A stretch of 64,000 nt of DNA from an uncultured Bacteroidales bacterium. GTDB taxonomy: Bacteria > Bacteroidota > Bacteroidia > Bacteroidales > Paludibacteraceae. The notes under the pieces were generated by a model, which searched no databases, had not been told where the DNA came from, and saw nothing but the letters and a program-made list of their open reading frames with translations. The position numbers and the translations under genes were made by a program. Where the stretch lies: positions 8,538 through 72,537 of the forward strand of contig CACZZL010000008.1 of the NCBI GenBank assembly GCA_902785605.1, written 5' to 3'. Below, one piece after another: positions 1-9,154 of this stretch (the first letter of the stretch is position 1; every line of letters begins with the position of its first letter).

Positions 1-462
1 GTGACCCTGACCGGAGGCAGCTTCGACCCATTTGTGGTTGAGCAGTTCCCGTGTCTCGGTGCGGTATCCGTATCCTCCGCCGACGTAGGCGAAGAGCGGA
101 ATACCCATTCGGCAGGAGAGTCCGACGGTTCCGGAAAAGCGGTTATAAGCGCGCTTGCCGGAATAGAAAGGCATCATTCCCGCGTTGTCCCCGTCCAGCA
201 GCCGTCCGTTGTCGTCTGCGTGGAAGTCGGTTTTGAGGTGCATGTTACCCAAGCCGATCATGAAATTGGCATAGTAGCCCAATTGCCCTTGACGGGAAAC
301 GGTGAAACCGAGTGCAGGGGACTTGCAATCCGAAACGGCCGCATTGAAAATGAGCGATGTGTGCATAGGGTATTGGGCGAACAAGTTCTTCTCTTGCCCA
401 TACGCGCACAGACTCAGTGTGCACAGCAACACGATCGTACTATGTCTTAACCAAGCGTTCAT
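1..462 (-). CDS. signal-peptide protein with outer-membrane beta-barrel-like text, N-terminal part (gene runs off the left edge)
   Basis: Not in the ORF track because there is no stop in the window. The reverse complement from ATG 462-460 reads MNAWLRHSTIVLLCTLSLCAYGQEKNLFAQYPMHTSLIFNAAVSDCKSPALGFTVSRQGQLGYYANFMIGLGN...GGGYGYRTE. That is a signal peptide followed by Gly/Tyr/Phe-rich strand-like text. The + ORF 1..450 is its antisense shadow. A TACCTTTG -7 box lies on the minus strand at 483-490. Confidence 0.5.
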   Translation of the reverse strand, partial: MNAWLRHSTIVLLCTLSLCAYGQEKNLFAQYPMHTSLIFNAAVSDCKSPALGFTVSRQGQLGYYANFMIGLGNMHLKTDFHADDNGRLLDGDNAGMMPFYSGKRAYNRFSGTVGLSCRMGIPLFAYVGGGYGYRTETRELLNHKWVEAASGQGH

Positions 463-480
463 TCGGATAACCTTTGCGGC

Positions 481-552
481 TGCAAAGGTACTACATTTTT
501 ACGAAATATACAAGAAAAATTTGCATATTTGCAAAAAAAGCAGTAATTTTGC
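481..552. promoter_or_regulatory. divergent Bacteroidota sigma-A promoters (minus: OMP-like gene; plus: murI)
   Basis: Minus strand has TACCTTTG at 483-490. Plus strand has TTG at 521-523 and TAATTTTG at 544-551, with about 20 nt spacing. Both match the TTG/TAnnTTTG consensus known for Bacteroides. Confidence 0.65.
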
Positions 553-560
553 AGCGGATT

Positions 561-1457
561 ATGGCAAAGATTGGTGTTTTTGACAGCGGTTACGGCGGAC
601 TGACGATCCTGCGTGAGATCCGTAAGCAGTTACCCGAGTACGACTATCTGTACCTGGGCGACAATGCGCGTGCTCCTTATGGCACGCACTCGTTTGATGT
701 CATTTATCACTATACGCTTCAGGCTGTCCAGTACTTGTTAGAGCAGGACTGCGCCCTCGTGATCTTGGCCTGCAACACCGCGTCTGCCAAAGCGCTACGG
801 ACGATCCAGCAACGGGATTTGCCGATTATTAACGGTGAGAGGTTACGGGTTACGGGTTACGGGAAAAGGAATGTGTTGGGTGTGATTCGTCCGACGGTAG
901 AGGTTGTGCCGGCGATCACGAAGAGCGGACATGTGGGTATCTTGGCGACACCGGCGACGGTTAGTTCGGAGAGTTATGTGCTGGAGTTGGAAAAGATATC
1001 GGAGGGGTTACAGGTGACCCAACAGGCGTGTCCGATGTGGGTGCCGCTGATCGAAGCGGGGGAGCACAACAGCGACGGGGCGAAGTTTTTTGTGGGCAAG
1101 TATCTGCGTGAGATCTTGGCGAAAGATCCGCAAATAGATACTTTGGTTTTGGGTTGTACGCACTATCCGCTTTTGAAAGAGAAGATTGAAGGTTGGCTTC
1201 GCTATCATGAGGAGATTGAGGAGTCGGAGTTTCCGGTAGCGATTCATACCGAACATATTCAGATCATCGCACAAGGTGATCTTGTGGCTAAATCGTTGGC
1301 GGATTATTTGCAGCGTCATTCGGAATACCGCGACCAGCTCTCGCAAAACGGCACGTGCGTCTATCTGACGACAGAAAATGCGGACCGCTTTGCGCAATCC
1401 GCGGAGCAATTCTTGGGCTTGCCTATTCAGGCGAGGAGTATTCAACTAGGAAACTAG
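561..1457 (+). CDS. murI: glutamate racemase
   Basis: ORF 474..1457. The first ATG after the -7 box is 561 (MAKIGVFDSGYGGLTILREI). DSGxGGL and LACNTAS/GCTHYP racemase motifs are present. It carries an in-frame GGTTACG x3 insert at 841-863. Confidence 0.9.
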   Translation: MAKIGVFDSGYGGLTILREIRKQLPEYDYLYLGDNARAPYGTHSFDVIYHYTLQAVQYLLEQDCALVILACNTASAKALRTIQQRDLPIINGERLRVTGYGKRNVLGVIRPTVEVVPAITKSGHVGILATPATVSSESYVLELEKISEGLQVTQQACPMWVPLIEAGEHNSDGAKFFVGKYLREILAKDPQIDTLVLGCTHYPLLKEKIEGWLRYHEEIEESEFPVAIHTEHIQIIAQGDLVAKSLADYLQRHSEYRDQLSQNGTCVYLTTENADRFAQSAEQFLGLPIQARSIQLGN

Positions 1458-1465
1458 GAGACAAG

Positions 1466-2914
1466 TTAGCCAACTGAACCCTCCAGAGAGACCTGGAGGA
1501 GTTTTTGTGCTTCGACGGCAAACTCCATCGGCAGTTTGTCCATGACTTCTTTGGCGTATCCGTTGACGATTAGTCCGACGGCATCTTCGATGCCAATTCC
1601 GCGTTGCCGGCAGTAGAAGAGTTGGTCCTCGTTGATCTTACTGGTCGTTGCTTCGTGCTCTACGGTTGCAGTCGGGTTGGAGATGATCATGTCGGGGAAG
1701 GTGTGCGCGCCGCATTGGTCGCCCAGCAGCAGGCTGTCGCATTGGCTGTAGTTGCGGGCATTCTCTGCCTTGACGCCCATTTTGACCAGTCCGCGGTAGG
1801 CGTTCTGGCTGTGACCGGCCGAGATACCTTTGCTGATGATACGCGAGCGGGTGTTCTTGCCGATATGAATCATTTTCGTTCCCGTGTCGGCCTGCTGGTA
1901 GTTGTTGGTGACGGCTACCGAGTAGAACTCGGCGGTCGAGTTGTCACCGCGCAGGATACAACTCGGGTATTTCCACGTGATGGCGGAGCCTGTTTCTACT
2001 TGCGTCCAGCTGAGGCGCGCGTTCTCGTGCGTGATACCGCGTTTGGTGACGAAGTTATAGATTCCGCCTTTGCCGTTCTTGTCTCCCGGGTACCAGTTCT
2101 GCACGGTCGAATACTTGACTTCCGCATTCGCGCGAACTACTATTTCCACAATGGCTGCGTGGAGTTGGTTCTCGTCCCGCATGGGTGCGGTACATCCCTC
2201 GAGATAAGAGAGATAGGCGCCTTCGTCGGCAATGAGGAGTGTGCGCTCGAACTGACCGGTCTTACCGGCATTGATGCGGAAATAAGTGCTTAGTTCCATC
2301 GGGCAGCGTACGCCCTTTGGCACATAGACGAACGAACCGTCGGAGAAGACAGCCGAGTTGAGGGCAGCATAGAAATTATCCGTTGGAGGAACGACCGAAC
2401 CGAGGTATTCTTTGACCAAGTCGGGGTACTCGCGCACGGCTTCGGAGATGGAGCAGAAGATGATGCCTTTCTCCGCCAGCGTCTCGCGGAAAGTGGTCTT
2501 GACGGAAACCGAGTCCATGACGGCATCGACGGCCATGTTCCCTGCCAACGCTGCCCGTTCTTCCAAGGGAATACCGAGCTTGTCGAAGGTCTTCATGATC
2601 TCGGCATCGATCTCATCCCTTTCGCCTTTCGTCCCTTCGCCTTTCGCCTTGGTATTCGGCGCTGCGTAGTAGGAGATGGCTTGGAAGTCTATCTCGGGGA
2701 TATCCAGATGTGCCCAAGTGGGGACAGGCATGGTCTGCCATTTGCGGAAGGCTTTGAGGCGGAACTCCAGGAGCCATTCGGGTTCCCCTTTCTTCGCAGA
2801 AATAAGCCGAACGATGTCCTCGTTCAGTCCTGCCGGTACAATATCGGTCTCGACATCGGTCGTGAAGCCGTACTTGTACTCTTGGTTCGTTATGTCCTTG
2901 ATCAGTTCGTCCAT
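1466..2914 (-). CDS. sufB: Fe-S cluster assembly protein SufB
   Basis: ORF 1466..2965. The likely start is ATG 2914 ([17 protein letters not shown]). SufB/UPF0051 text runs throughout ([31 protein letters not shown]). Confidence 0.9.
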   Translation of the reverse strand: MDELIKDITNQEYKYGFTTDVETDIVPAGLNEDIVRLISAKKGEPEWLLEFRLKAFRKWQTMPVPTWAHLDIPEIDFQAISYYAAPNTKAKGEGTKGERDEIDAEIMKTFDKLGIPLEERAALAGNMAVDAVMDSVSVKTTFRETLAEKGIIFCSISEAVREYPDLVKEYLGSVVPPTDNFYAALNSAVFSDGSFVYVPKGVRCPMELSTYFRINAGKTGQFERTLLIADEGAYLSYLEGCTAPMRDENQLHAAIVEIVVRANAEVKYSTVQNWYPGDKNGKGGIYNFVTKRGITHENARLSWTQVETGSAITWKYPSCILRGDNSTAEFYSVAVTNNYQQADTGTKMIHIGKNTRSRIISKGISAGHSQNAYRGLVKMGVKAENARNYSQCDSLLLGDQCGAHTFPDMIISNPTATVEHEATTSKINEDQLFYCRQRGIGIEDAVGLIVNGYAKEVMDKLPMEFAVEAQKLLQVSLEGSVG

Positions 2915-3035
2915 AAAAATAAGCCGCCCTTTTACAGGCGGCTTGGAGGCCGGTAGCGGAGTCAAACCGCTCTAAACGGTTTTGCAGACCGCTGACTAAG
3001 TCGCTCATCCAACCGGCCGTTATGTCAAAAGCGGG

Positions 3036-3072
3036 TGCAAAGGTACAACAAATTTTTTACATGACCAAATTT
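3036..3072 (-). promoter_or_regulatory. sigma-A promoter upstream of sufB
   Basis: The minus strand reads TTTGGTCATGTAAAAAATTTGTTGTACCTTTGCA, giving a TTG box and a TACCTTTG -7 box. Confidence 0.55.
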
Positions 3073-3097
3073 TTTTGCACTTTTTTGACAAAAATGC

Positions 3098-4000
3098 TTA
3101 AAAAAGGCTCAAATCGGCATCAGAGATCGTTCCTTTGGAGCGTTTTTTGCCTCGTGAAGGGGTCTTAGGGGTTACGGGTGAAGGGGTCTTTGGGGTTACG
3201 GGTGAGGGGTTATGGGTTACGGGTGTTGACTTTTTGCGTCCCAGATATGGGCCGATGATATCCCGGGTCTGGTCGTCGGTCCATTGACATTTGTCGATGA
3301 TCCATTCCAGATAGGACGGGTCAAAGCGCATCATGGACTCGATGGACTCGCCTTTGTGTGCACCTTGGGTGAGGTAGAAGTAATTGCCTTTCTTGGTCAA
3401 CCAGCGGTCGAAGCAGATGAATCCGAACTCGTCCCGTTGTGCCCATTCCCATCCGTGTGCGGCTACTTGTGCTTTGAACACCTCAATGGTTGCCATCACA
3501 TCGTCGAACGAGTTGTGCGCGCCCTCGAACGGGTGTCCGTAATACCGCGTATAGGCGGCGGTGAGGTTGTTGTGCACTTTCTCTCCGTTCTCATCAACCA
3601 TACCGGTCGTGTGAATACGCTCCAGCAGCAGCGCGTCGTACCATGTGCGACCCTCAAAATCGAAGGTCAGGCCGAGGCGTTGGAGGTTATAGTGCAAGAT
3701 GGGGGCATCGTATCCGTTGCCGTTGTACGAGAGGAAATCGCAGCCCCGGGTGAAAGCGATGAAATCATCGTAGACGCTGCGCAGGCTCACGCCGTTCTCC
3801 AGCAGGAACGACTTGCTGATATGGTGTACCGCTTCGGCTTCGGCGGGGATGGTGAAGGGTCCTTCCGGCAGGATGTACCAGTCGCGTTGGTCGATGGTCT
3901 GCCAGGTATCTGTGTCGAACTTAACGAGCGACAGTTGGATGATATGCTCTTTCTGCACATCCAGACCTGTGGTCTCTGTATCAAAACAAACGAGGGTCAT
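3098..4000 (-). CDS. DEDDh 3'-5' exonuclease (DnaQ/epsilon-like) with a repeat-encoded Pro/Thr-rich tail
   Basis: Exo motifs CFDTETTGL, GYDAPILHYN and HNSFDDVMAT are present. The C-terminal THNPSPVTPKTPSPVTPKTPSRGKKRSKG is encoded by the 3154-3233 repeats. Confidence 0.75.
   Translation of the reverse strand: MTLVCFDTETTGLDVQKEHIIQLSLVKFDTDTWQTIDQRDWYILPEGPFTIPAEAEAVHHISKSFLLENGVSLRSVYDDFIAFTRGCDFLSYNGNGYDAPILHYNLQRLGLTFDFEGRTWYDALLLERIHTTGMVDENGEKVHNNLTAAYTRYYGHPFEGAHNSFDDVMATIEVFKAQVAAHGWEWAQRDEFGFICFDRWLTKKGNYFYLTQGAHKGESIESMMRFDPSYLEWIIDKCQWTDDQTRDIIGPYLGRKKSTPVTHNPSPVTPKTPSPVTPKTPSRGKKRSKGTISDADLSLF
3154..3233. repeat. about 24-27 nt tandem repeat built from GGGGTTACGGGTG units inside the exonuclease 3' end
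   Basis: gtgaaggggtcttaggggttacgg, then gtgaaggggtctttggggttacgg, then gtgaggggttatgggttacgg, read directly from the sequence. Confidence 0.85.
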
Positions 4001-4058
4001 ATGGGTTATGGGTTATGGGTTATGGGTTATGGGTTACGGGTTATGGGTTACGGGTTAC
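4001..4058. repeat. (GGGTTAT/C)x8 heptamer array filling the whole rlmI-exonuclease spacer
   Basis: atgggttatgggttatgggttatgggttatgggttacgggttatgggttacgggttac. The exonuclease ATG (3998-4000) abuts one end. The rlmI stop (4055-4057) lies in the last unit. Confidence 0.95.
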
Positions 4059-5275
4059 TCCACGTAGAGGACTAAGCCTTTGAGGTATTCCCCTTCGGGG
4101 TGATAGATGTTGATCGGGTGGTCCTGGGGTTGGTGCAGTTGGTGGAGGATGCGCACCTTACGTCCCACTTGGGCGGCCGCGCTGAAGACGGCGAGGCGGA
4201 AGGCCTCTTTGTCCACGGCTTGGGAGCAGGAGAAGGTGAACAGGATACCACCCGGACGAATCATCTCGATCGCTTTGGCGTTGATGCGCTGGTATCCGCG
4301 CAAGGCGTTCTTGACCGCATCGCGGTGCTTGGCAAAAGCCGGCGGGTCGAGGATGATGAGGTCGAACGTACGTTTCTGCTCGCGCTGTTGAGTCAGGTAT
4401 TCAAACGCATCGGCAGCTACAGCTGTATGGTTGGTGGCCTGCGGGAAGTTACGTGCTACGTTGACGTTCACGAGTTCAATGGCTTTCTGGCTGACATCGA
4501 CCGAATCGACCGTCTTGGCTCCGCCTCGTAGGGCATATAACGAGAACCCTCCGGTGTAACAGAACATGTTGAGCACATCTTTGTCTTTCGCATAGCGCTC
4601 CACGAGTGCGCGGTTCTCCCGCTGGTCAATGAAGAAACCCGTTTTCTGTCCCCGCAACCAGTCGATGCGGAAAGAAAGACCGTTCTCGGTGGACCAGAAC
4701 TCATTGGTCATTGGTAATTGGTCATTGGTAATTAGCCAGCCTGTTTTCTCTCCTTCGATCGGGGCTTTGAAGGGCAGGGTATCGTCGGACTTGTAATAGA
4801 CGTTGTTCACCTGCGGCACTTCGGCCAGAACGGCCTTGGCGATCTCGTGCCGGCACACGTGCATGCCGACCGAGTGCGCTTGGATGACGGCCGTGTCGGC
4901 ATAGACATCAATGATCAGTCCCGGCAGGAAATCTCCTTCTCCGTGGATGAGGCGGAAGGTGTTATTGTCGGGTTGAATGAGTCCGATGGACTCGCGCACT
5001 CGGTATGCTGCCCGGATCCGTTCGTTCCAGAAATCGGCCGGTAATGTGTCCACACCGAACGCCAGAATGCGCACGGCAATCGAACCGACTTGCCAATGTC
5101 CGACACCCAGCACCTCATTGGACGCCGAATGTACGCAGACCAGTTCGCCTTCTTCCGGCGCAGCCGCCTTGTGCGACGCGTCCAGCACGACCCGCGCAAT
5201 CGCCCCCGAGAATACCCACGGGTGAAAACGCTTGAGCGATTCCTCTTTATGCGGTTTTAAATAGATCGTTGTCAT
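4055..5275 (-). CDS. rlmI: SAM-dependent 23S rRNA (cytosine-C5) methyltransferase, RlmI-like (PUA + class I MTase)
   Basis: N-terminal KRFHPWVFSGAI (PUA-like). MTase core LNMFCYTGGFS ... ILDPPAFAK. In-frame heptamer repeat at 4701-4735 encodes ITNDQLPMTNE. Confidence 0.8.
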   Translation of the reverse strand: MTTIYLKPHKEESLKRFHPWVFSGAIARVVLDASHKAAAPEEGELVCVHSASNEVLGVGHWQVGSIAVRILAFGVDTLPADFWNERIRAAYRVRESIGLIQPDNNTFRLIHGEGDFLPGLIIDVYADTAVIQAHSVGMHVCRHEIAKAVLAEVPQVNNVYYKSDDTLPFKAPIEGEKTGWLITNDQLPMTNEFWSTENGLSFRIDWLRGQKTGFFIDQRENRALVERYAKDKDVLNMFCYTGGFSLYALRGGAKTVDSVDVSQKAIELVNVNVARNFPQATNHTAVAADAFEYLTQQREQKRTFDLIILDPPAFAKHRDAVKNALRGYQRINAKAIEMIRPGGILFTFSCSQAVDKEAFRLAVFSAAAQVGRKVRILHQLHQPQDHPINIYHPEGEYLKGLVLYVE

Positions 5276-5763
5276 TCCACTCCGTGTGTTAAATCGTGAT
5301 ACGCGTGCAGCGACAGGTTATCGCTCACGTACTTGAAACTATGCAAGTGCTTGAACCCCAGCGCGGCAATGAATGCCAGCTCCATGTCGAACACGCAGTC
5401 CTTGTAATCCGACGTGAGCACAAAATCGCAGTTTGAGTAACAGATGGCCTGACGGCAATTGGAAATTGGCAATTGGAGATTTGAAATTTTCAACTCCGGT
5501 TCCGGATAGGTCACATTCGGATGGTAGAGGCGTACTTCCGTCACTTCGACCCATGTGCCCAGGTCAAAATTGGCACTGCCGGCGTAGCCGATGTTATACA
5601 GCTCTGCCTCGCGGTCGAGGTGTTGCAGACTCCTTATAACATTAGTCGCGCCTACGCCCGTGTACACGAGCTGCGCGTCGCTCAGATCCAGCCCCAGCGC
5701 TTCATGTGCCTGCTCGAGCAACACACGTTCGCCTTCTTCGGCCATGATGATATATTTCGCCAT
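5272..5763 (-). CDS. short nucleosidase / nucleoside phosphorylase-like protein (PNP_UDP_1-like)
   Basis: ORF 5272..6111. The start is taken at ATG 5763 (MAKYIIMAEEGE), just below the -7 box. IMAEEGE, TGVGATNV and NIGYAGS resemble MTA/SAH nucleosidase motifs. There is a 4-nt overlap with the rlmI start. Confidence 0.55.
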   Translation of the reverse strand: MAKYIIMAEEGERVLLEQAHEALGLDLSDAQLVYTGVGATNVIRSLQHLDREAELYNIGYAGSANFDLGTWVEVTEVRLYHPNVTYPEPELKISNLQLPISNCRQAICYSNCDFVLTSDYKDCVFDMELAFIAALGFKHLHSFKYVSDNLSLHAYHDLTHGVE

Positions 5764-5782
5764 AATTATTCGAATTTGGGCG

Positions 5783-5831
5783 CAAAGGTACAAAAAAATT
5801 TGCACATGTGCAAAAAAAATAGTACTTTTGC
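5783..5831. promoter_or_regulatory. back-to-back promoters sharing a palindromic -33 element TTGCACATGTGCAA
   Basis: Minus -7 TACCTTTG at 5783-5790. Plus -7 TACTTTTG at 5823-5830. The palindrome at 5800-5813 supplies a TTG box in both directions. Confidence 0.65.
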
Positions 5832-5848
5832 ACGCAATTTGGTTGGAT

Positions 5849-7549
5849 ATGGTTATGCGGCGTATAATTTTAGGCATACTACTGTTGGTTTTGTGCGCGT
5901 CTGTGTGGGCGGATGCGTTGTTGTCGGGTGCGTCGATAGGGCCGGGTGACCAATGGAAAGGACTGTCGTTTAACCAACCGCAGGTGATCACGATCGTAGG
6001 ATGGAAACCGACTAACTCCAAGGATGTGTTGCTGGGTATTTTTGAAGGCGCTAATCGTGCCGATTTCATGGATGCTGTGCCGCTGACGATCATCAGTAAG
6101 ACCACTATCAATCAGATGAATTACCTGTCCGTCGACTGTTCGCGCGGGTTCAGGTATGTGCGATTGGTTGCTCCAAGCGGGGGGAGCCTGTCGAATGTGA
6201 ACTTGGAGTTCTACGGCGAGCAGGGAACGGGTAATGATTCGCACCTGTGTCAGTTGACGAACCTGCCGGTGGTATATATCCACACGGTCAATAATGAGAT
6301 TCCGTACGACAAGGAGCACGAGATCGACTGTTTCATTTCTATCATTTCCAATGACGGGCAGACGATCTTATCGGACACCGCCACGATCCGCGAACGGGGT
6401 AATGCCTCGCGCGGATTTCCGAAGAAACCTTATCGTATCAAGTTCGCCCATAAGCACCAAGTGCTGGGTTCGCCGGCTAATGCGAAGAAATGGACGCTGA
6501 TTAATAACTATGGGGATAAAACGCTGATGCGCAATCAGTTGGCGTTCGAGTTGAGTCGTCGTCTCGGCATGCCGTATACTCCTTTTTGCGCCTACGTGGA
6601 TGTGGTGCTCAACGGCGATTACAAGGGATGTTATCAACTGTGCGACCAGATCGAGGTACGTAAGAATCGGGTGGATATCACGGAGATGAAACCTTCCGAT
6701 AACAGCGGTGAAGCGCTCACGGGCGGATACCTGATCGAGGCCGATGCCTATGCCGGCTCGGAGCAGTCGATGTTCTGGTCGGACTATGGAACGGGGGTGA
6801 CTATCAAGTCACCGAATGAGGACAGTATCACGTGGGAGCAGAGTGAGTACATCCGCAAGCACTACAGCAAGATGGAGAAGAACTGGAAGAAGTACCTCGA
6901 TCTTAACACGTTCCTGCGCCATTTTATTGTGGGCGAATTGTCCGGAAACACCGATACGTATTGGAGCATGTACCTGTACAAACACCGTTCGAATGACACG
7001 CTCTTTGTGGGTCCGGTGTGGGATTTTGATTTGGCGTTTGAGAACGACAATCGCACGTATCCGATTCGCAATCTGAACGATTACATCTACCGCACCAACG
7101 GTAGTACGACCGGTTATCTGCGTTCGCTGGTGGATAAGATTGTCATCAACGATGCTGCGGCCAAACTGCAGTTACTCGCTATTTGGGAGCAGGCGCGTAA
7201 AGCAGGACTGACCGAGGAGTCGATGCTTCAGTATGTGGACGAGCAGGAAGCGATGCTTCAGCAGTCGCAACAGCTCAATTTTATGCGGTGGCCGATCATG
7301 ACGCAGTACGTTCACCAGAACCCGCGGATATGGGGTTCGTACGAGGCGGAAGTGGAGAACGTGCGTAATTACATCAAACAGCGTATCCCGTGGATGGATA
7401 ACAAGATCGGATTCGATGTGTCCAAGTTGGATATCGACGAGACGCAGGTGCCTCAAACGGGGGAGGTGAAGAAGGTTTGGCAGGACGGACAACTGTTTAT
7501 CATTCGTGACGGCAAACGCTATACTTTGACCGGAATACAGGTCGAATAA
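5849..7549 (+). CDS. CotH kinase-family secreted protein with conserved C-terminal tail
   Basis: ORF 5591..7549. The start is taken at 5849 (MVMRRIILGILLLVLCASVWA signal peptide). CotH-like core (RNQLAFELSRRLGMPYTPFCAYVDVVLNGDYKGCYQLCDQIEV). Tail is KKVWQDGQLFIIRDGKRYTLTGIQVE. Confidence 0.7.
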   Translation: MVMRRIILGILLLVLCASVWADALLSGASIGPGDQWKGLSFNQPQVITIVGWKPTNSKDVLLGIFEGANRADFMDAVPLTIISKTTINQMNYLSVDCSRGFRYVRLVAPSGGSLSNVNLEFYGEQGTGNDSHLCQLTNLPVVYIHTVNNEIPYDKEHEIDCFISIISNDGQTILSDTATIRERGNASRGFPKKPYRIKFAHKHQVLGSPANAKKWTLINNYGDKTLMRNQLAFELSRRLGMPYTPFCAYVDVVLNGDYKGCYQLCDQIEVRKNRVDITEMKPSDNSGEALTGGYLIEADAYAGSEQSMFWSDYGTGVTIKSPNEDSITWEQSEYIRKHYSKMEKNWKKYLDLNTFLRHFIVGELSGNTDTYWSMYLYKHRSNDTLFVGPVWDFDLAFENDNRTYPIRNLNDYIYRTNGSTTGYLRSLVDKIVINDAAAKLQLLAIWEQARKAGLTEESMLQYVDEQEAMLQQSQQLNFMRWPIMTQYVHQNPRIWGSYEAEVENVRNYIKQRIPWMDNKIGFDVSKLDIDETQVPQTGEVKKVWQDGQLFIIRDGKRYTLTGIQVE

Positions 7550-7612
7550 GTCCTTTAAAAGGCTGCTTTTGGCATAAAATGATGTTTTTTAGCACTTTTT
7601 TTGGCAAAAAAT

Positions 7613-7644
7613 TTGCGTATGTCAAAAAAAAGCAGTACTTTTGC
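7613..7644 (+). promoter_or_regulatory. sigma-A promoter for tRNA-fMet and the downstream nuclease gene
   Basis: TTG at 7613-7615 and TACTTTTG at 7636-7643, within TTTGCGTATGTCAAAAAAAAGCAGTACTTTTGCA. Confidence 0.7.
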
Positions 7645-7681
7645 AGTCCCATTTGAAAAAAATGGTGTATATCGCGGAGTA

Positions 7682-7753
<72 letters not shown>

Positions 7754-7759
7754 TTTAAT

Positions 7760-9055
7760 ATGTTTAAGCATAGATTAGTAGTAATCATTGAGTTGGTTTT
7801 CACGCTCTCCGCATTCGCGGTGGAGCGTGTTTCGTTAGAACAACTCCAATCCGATTGGTCGCGTTATTCGAACCAAACGGTAGTCATCACCACACCGCTT
7901 GTTGTGTGTGGCAGTTTTTACGACAGTCTTATTCTGGCTCCCGAGCGTCTCTTCTGTCCGGAAGAGCGTGCACTTGGCTTGGCCGATGGCGACAGTACGA
8001 TGTACGAGCAGATCGAGGCGCACAATCGGGCTGCGTCTGTTTGTCTGCATTGCCGCAATCAGTATTACAGGGTGCGTACGGGCGATATCGTGCGCGGGTT
8101 ACAGGCTCGTGTGACGGGGGAGCGGCAACTGTTGACCGGTAAGTCGATCACGACCCGTCATTTGCCTCAGGACCGTTTGGCGCGACCCAAGAAGAACGAA
8201 CTGCGGATTGTGGGAGCGAATATTGAGAATTACTTTGCGGACTTGGGCGGGTATGCCACCAAACGTACAACGCCGGAACAGCAGGCACTCAAGACCCGCA
8301 AGTTGGTGTCGGCTATGCGTGCGATGCATGCCCATATCTTCGCGCTGTGCGAGATGCAGGTAGGGGATAAGGCGCCGCAGATGCTATTGAACGAGCTGAA
8401 TCGACACGGCGGACACTATGCGTTTGTGTCGATGCCGATGGCTAACATGGACCGTATCGGAGGCTGTTTTGTCTACGATACGCTGCGTGTGCGGCCGTAC
8501 TTGGCTCCGCTGTCGGCCTATCAGGATACCACCAGCCATTACCATGCGCGTATGTTCGCTGTCGGGTTTGAGGAGATACAGACGGGGGAGCGGTTCATCA
8601 TCAGTTTGAATCACTTCAAGTCCAAGCGTCCGGGGCGCAATCAGTACGACACCAACGCACGTCGTATGCAGAACACCGATTCGCTGATGGCGCTGTTGCC
8701 GCAAGCGGTGGCATGGTTCGCGGATGATGATATACTGCTGCTGGGGGATTACAACTGCTACACGCAGGAGCAGCCGATACAGACCATCGTGCGTGCAGGT
8801 TTGGCGGATATGCTGCCGCTCGGCAGTGCGAAGGACTATTCGTACAGTTTCAAAGGCGAGGCGGGTTATCTGGACCGCTGTTTTGCCAGCCCGTCCATGT
8901 CGAGTCAGATTGTTCGGGTTCGCCCGTGGCATATCAATGCCGACTGGTACTACCAGCACGGCGCGTATCGGATGAAAGACAAGACGCTTCACCGCTACGC
9001 GGACCACGATCCTATAGTCGTAGATGTACAACTACAAAAAAACGAGCAACTTTGA
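7760..9055 (+). CDS. secreted endonuclease/exonuclease/phosphatase (EEP) family nuclease
   Basis: ORF 7721..9055 begins inside the tRNA. The first ATG is 7760 (MFNMFKHRLVVIIELVFTLSAFA). EEP-like text (LRIVGANIENYF, LLLGDYNCY, HRYADHDPIVV). Confidence 0.7.
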   Translation: MFKHRLVVIIELVFTLSAFAVERVSLEQLQSDWSRYSNQTVVITTPLVVCGSFYDSLILAPERLFCPEERALGLADGDSTMYEQIEAHNRAASVCLHCRNQYYRVRTGDIVRGLQARVTGERQLLTGKSITTRHLPQDRLARPKKNELRIVGANIENYFADLGGYATKRTTPEQQALKTRKLVSAMRAMHAHIFALCEMQVGDKAPQMLLNELNRHGGHYAFVSMPMANMDRIGGCFVYDTLRVRPYLAPLSAYQDTTSHYHARMFAVGFEEIQTGERFIISLNHFKSKRPGRNQYDTNARRMQNTDSLMALLPQAVAWFADDDILLLGDYNCYTQEQPIQTIVRAGLADMLPLGSAKDYSYSFKGEAGYLDRCFASPSMSSQIVRVRPWHINADWYYQHGAYRMKDKTLHRYADHDPIVVDVQLQKNEQL

Positions 9056-9070
9056 TAGTTGCTCGTTTTT
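9036..9070. terminator. bidirectional intrinsic terminator between convergent units
   Basis: An A-run, then stem CGAGCAAC (9043-9050) paired with GTTGCTCG (9058-9065), then a T-run at 9066-9070. The nuclease stop codon (9053-9055) sits in the loop. Confidence 0.75.
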
Positions 9071-9072
9071 CG

Positions 9073-9146
9073 TGACCCCGCTGGGGCTCAAACCCAGAAC
9101 CTTCAGAACCGGAATCTGACACTCTATTCAATTGAGCTACGGGGCC
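9073..9146 (-). tRNA. tRNA-Arg (CCG)
   Basis: The reverse complement GGCCCCGTAGCTCAATTGAATAGAGTGTCAGATTCCGGTTCTGAAGGTTCTGGGTTTGAGCCCCAGCGGGGTCA folds as a cloverleaf. The anticodon loop is TTCCGGT. Confidence 0.9.
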
Positions 9147-9154
9147 GGTGGGAG

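Noticed and set aside
1-450. Track ORF 1..450 (+), 149 aa
   Set aside because: It is the antisense shadow of a better minus-strand gene. That gene has a signal peptide, a promoter at 483-490 and beta-barrel-like text. The + translation is Arg/Val/Gly-rich with no motif, and it starts at the window edge.
4001-4058. Could the short tandem repeats be CRISPR arrays or telomere-like repeats?
   Set aside because: The units are 7-12 nt and directly abut one another, with no unique spacers. No cas genes are present, so this is not CRISPR. GGGTTAT/C resembles eukaryotic telomere units only superficially. The arrays are internal to a bacterial gene cluster.
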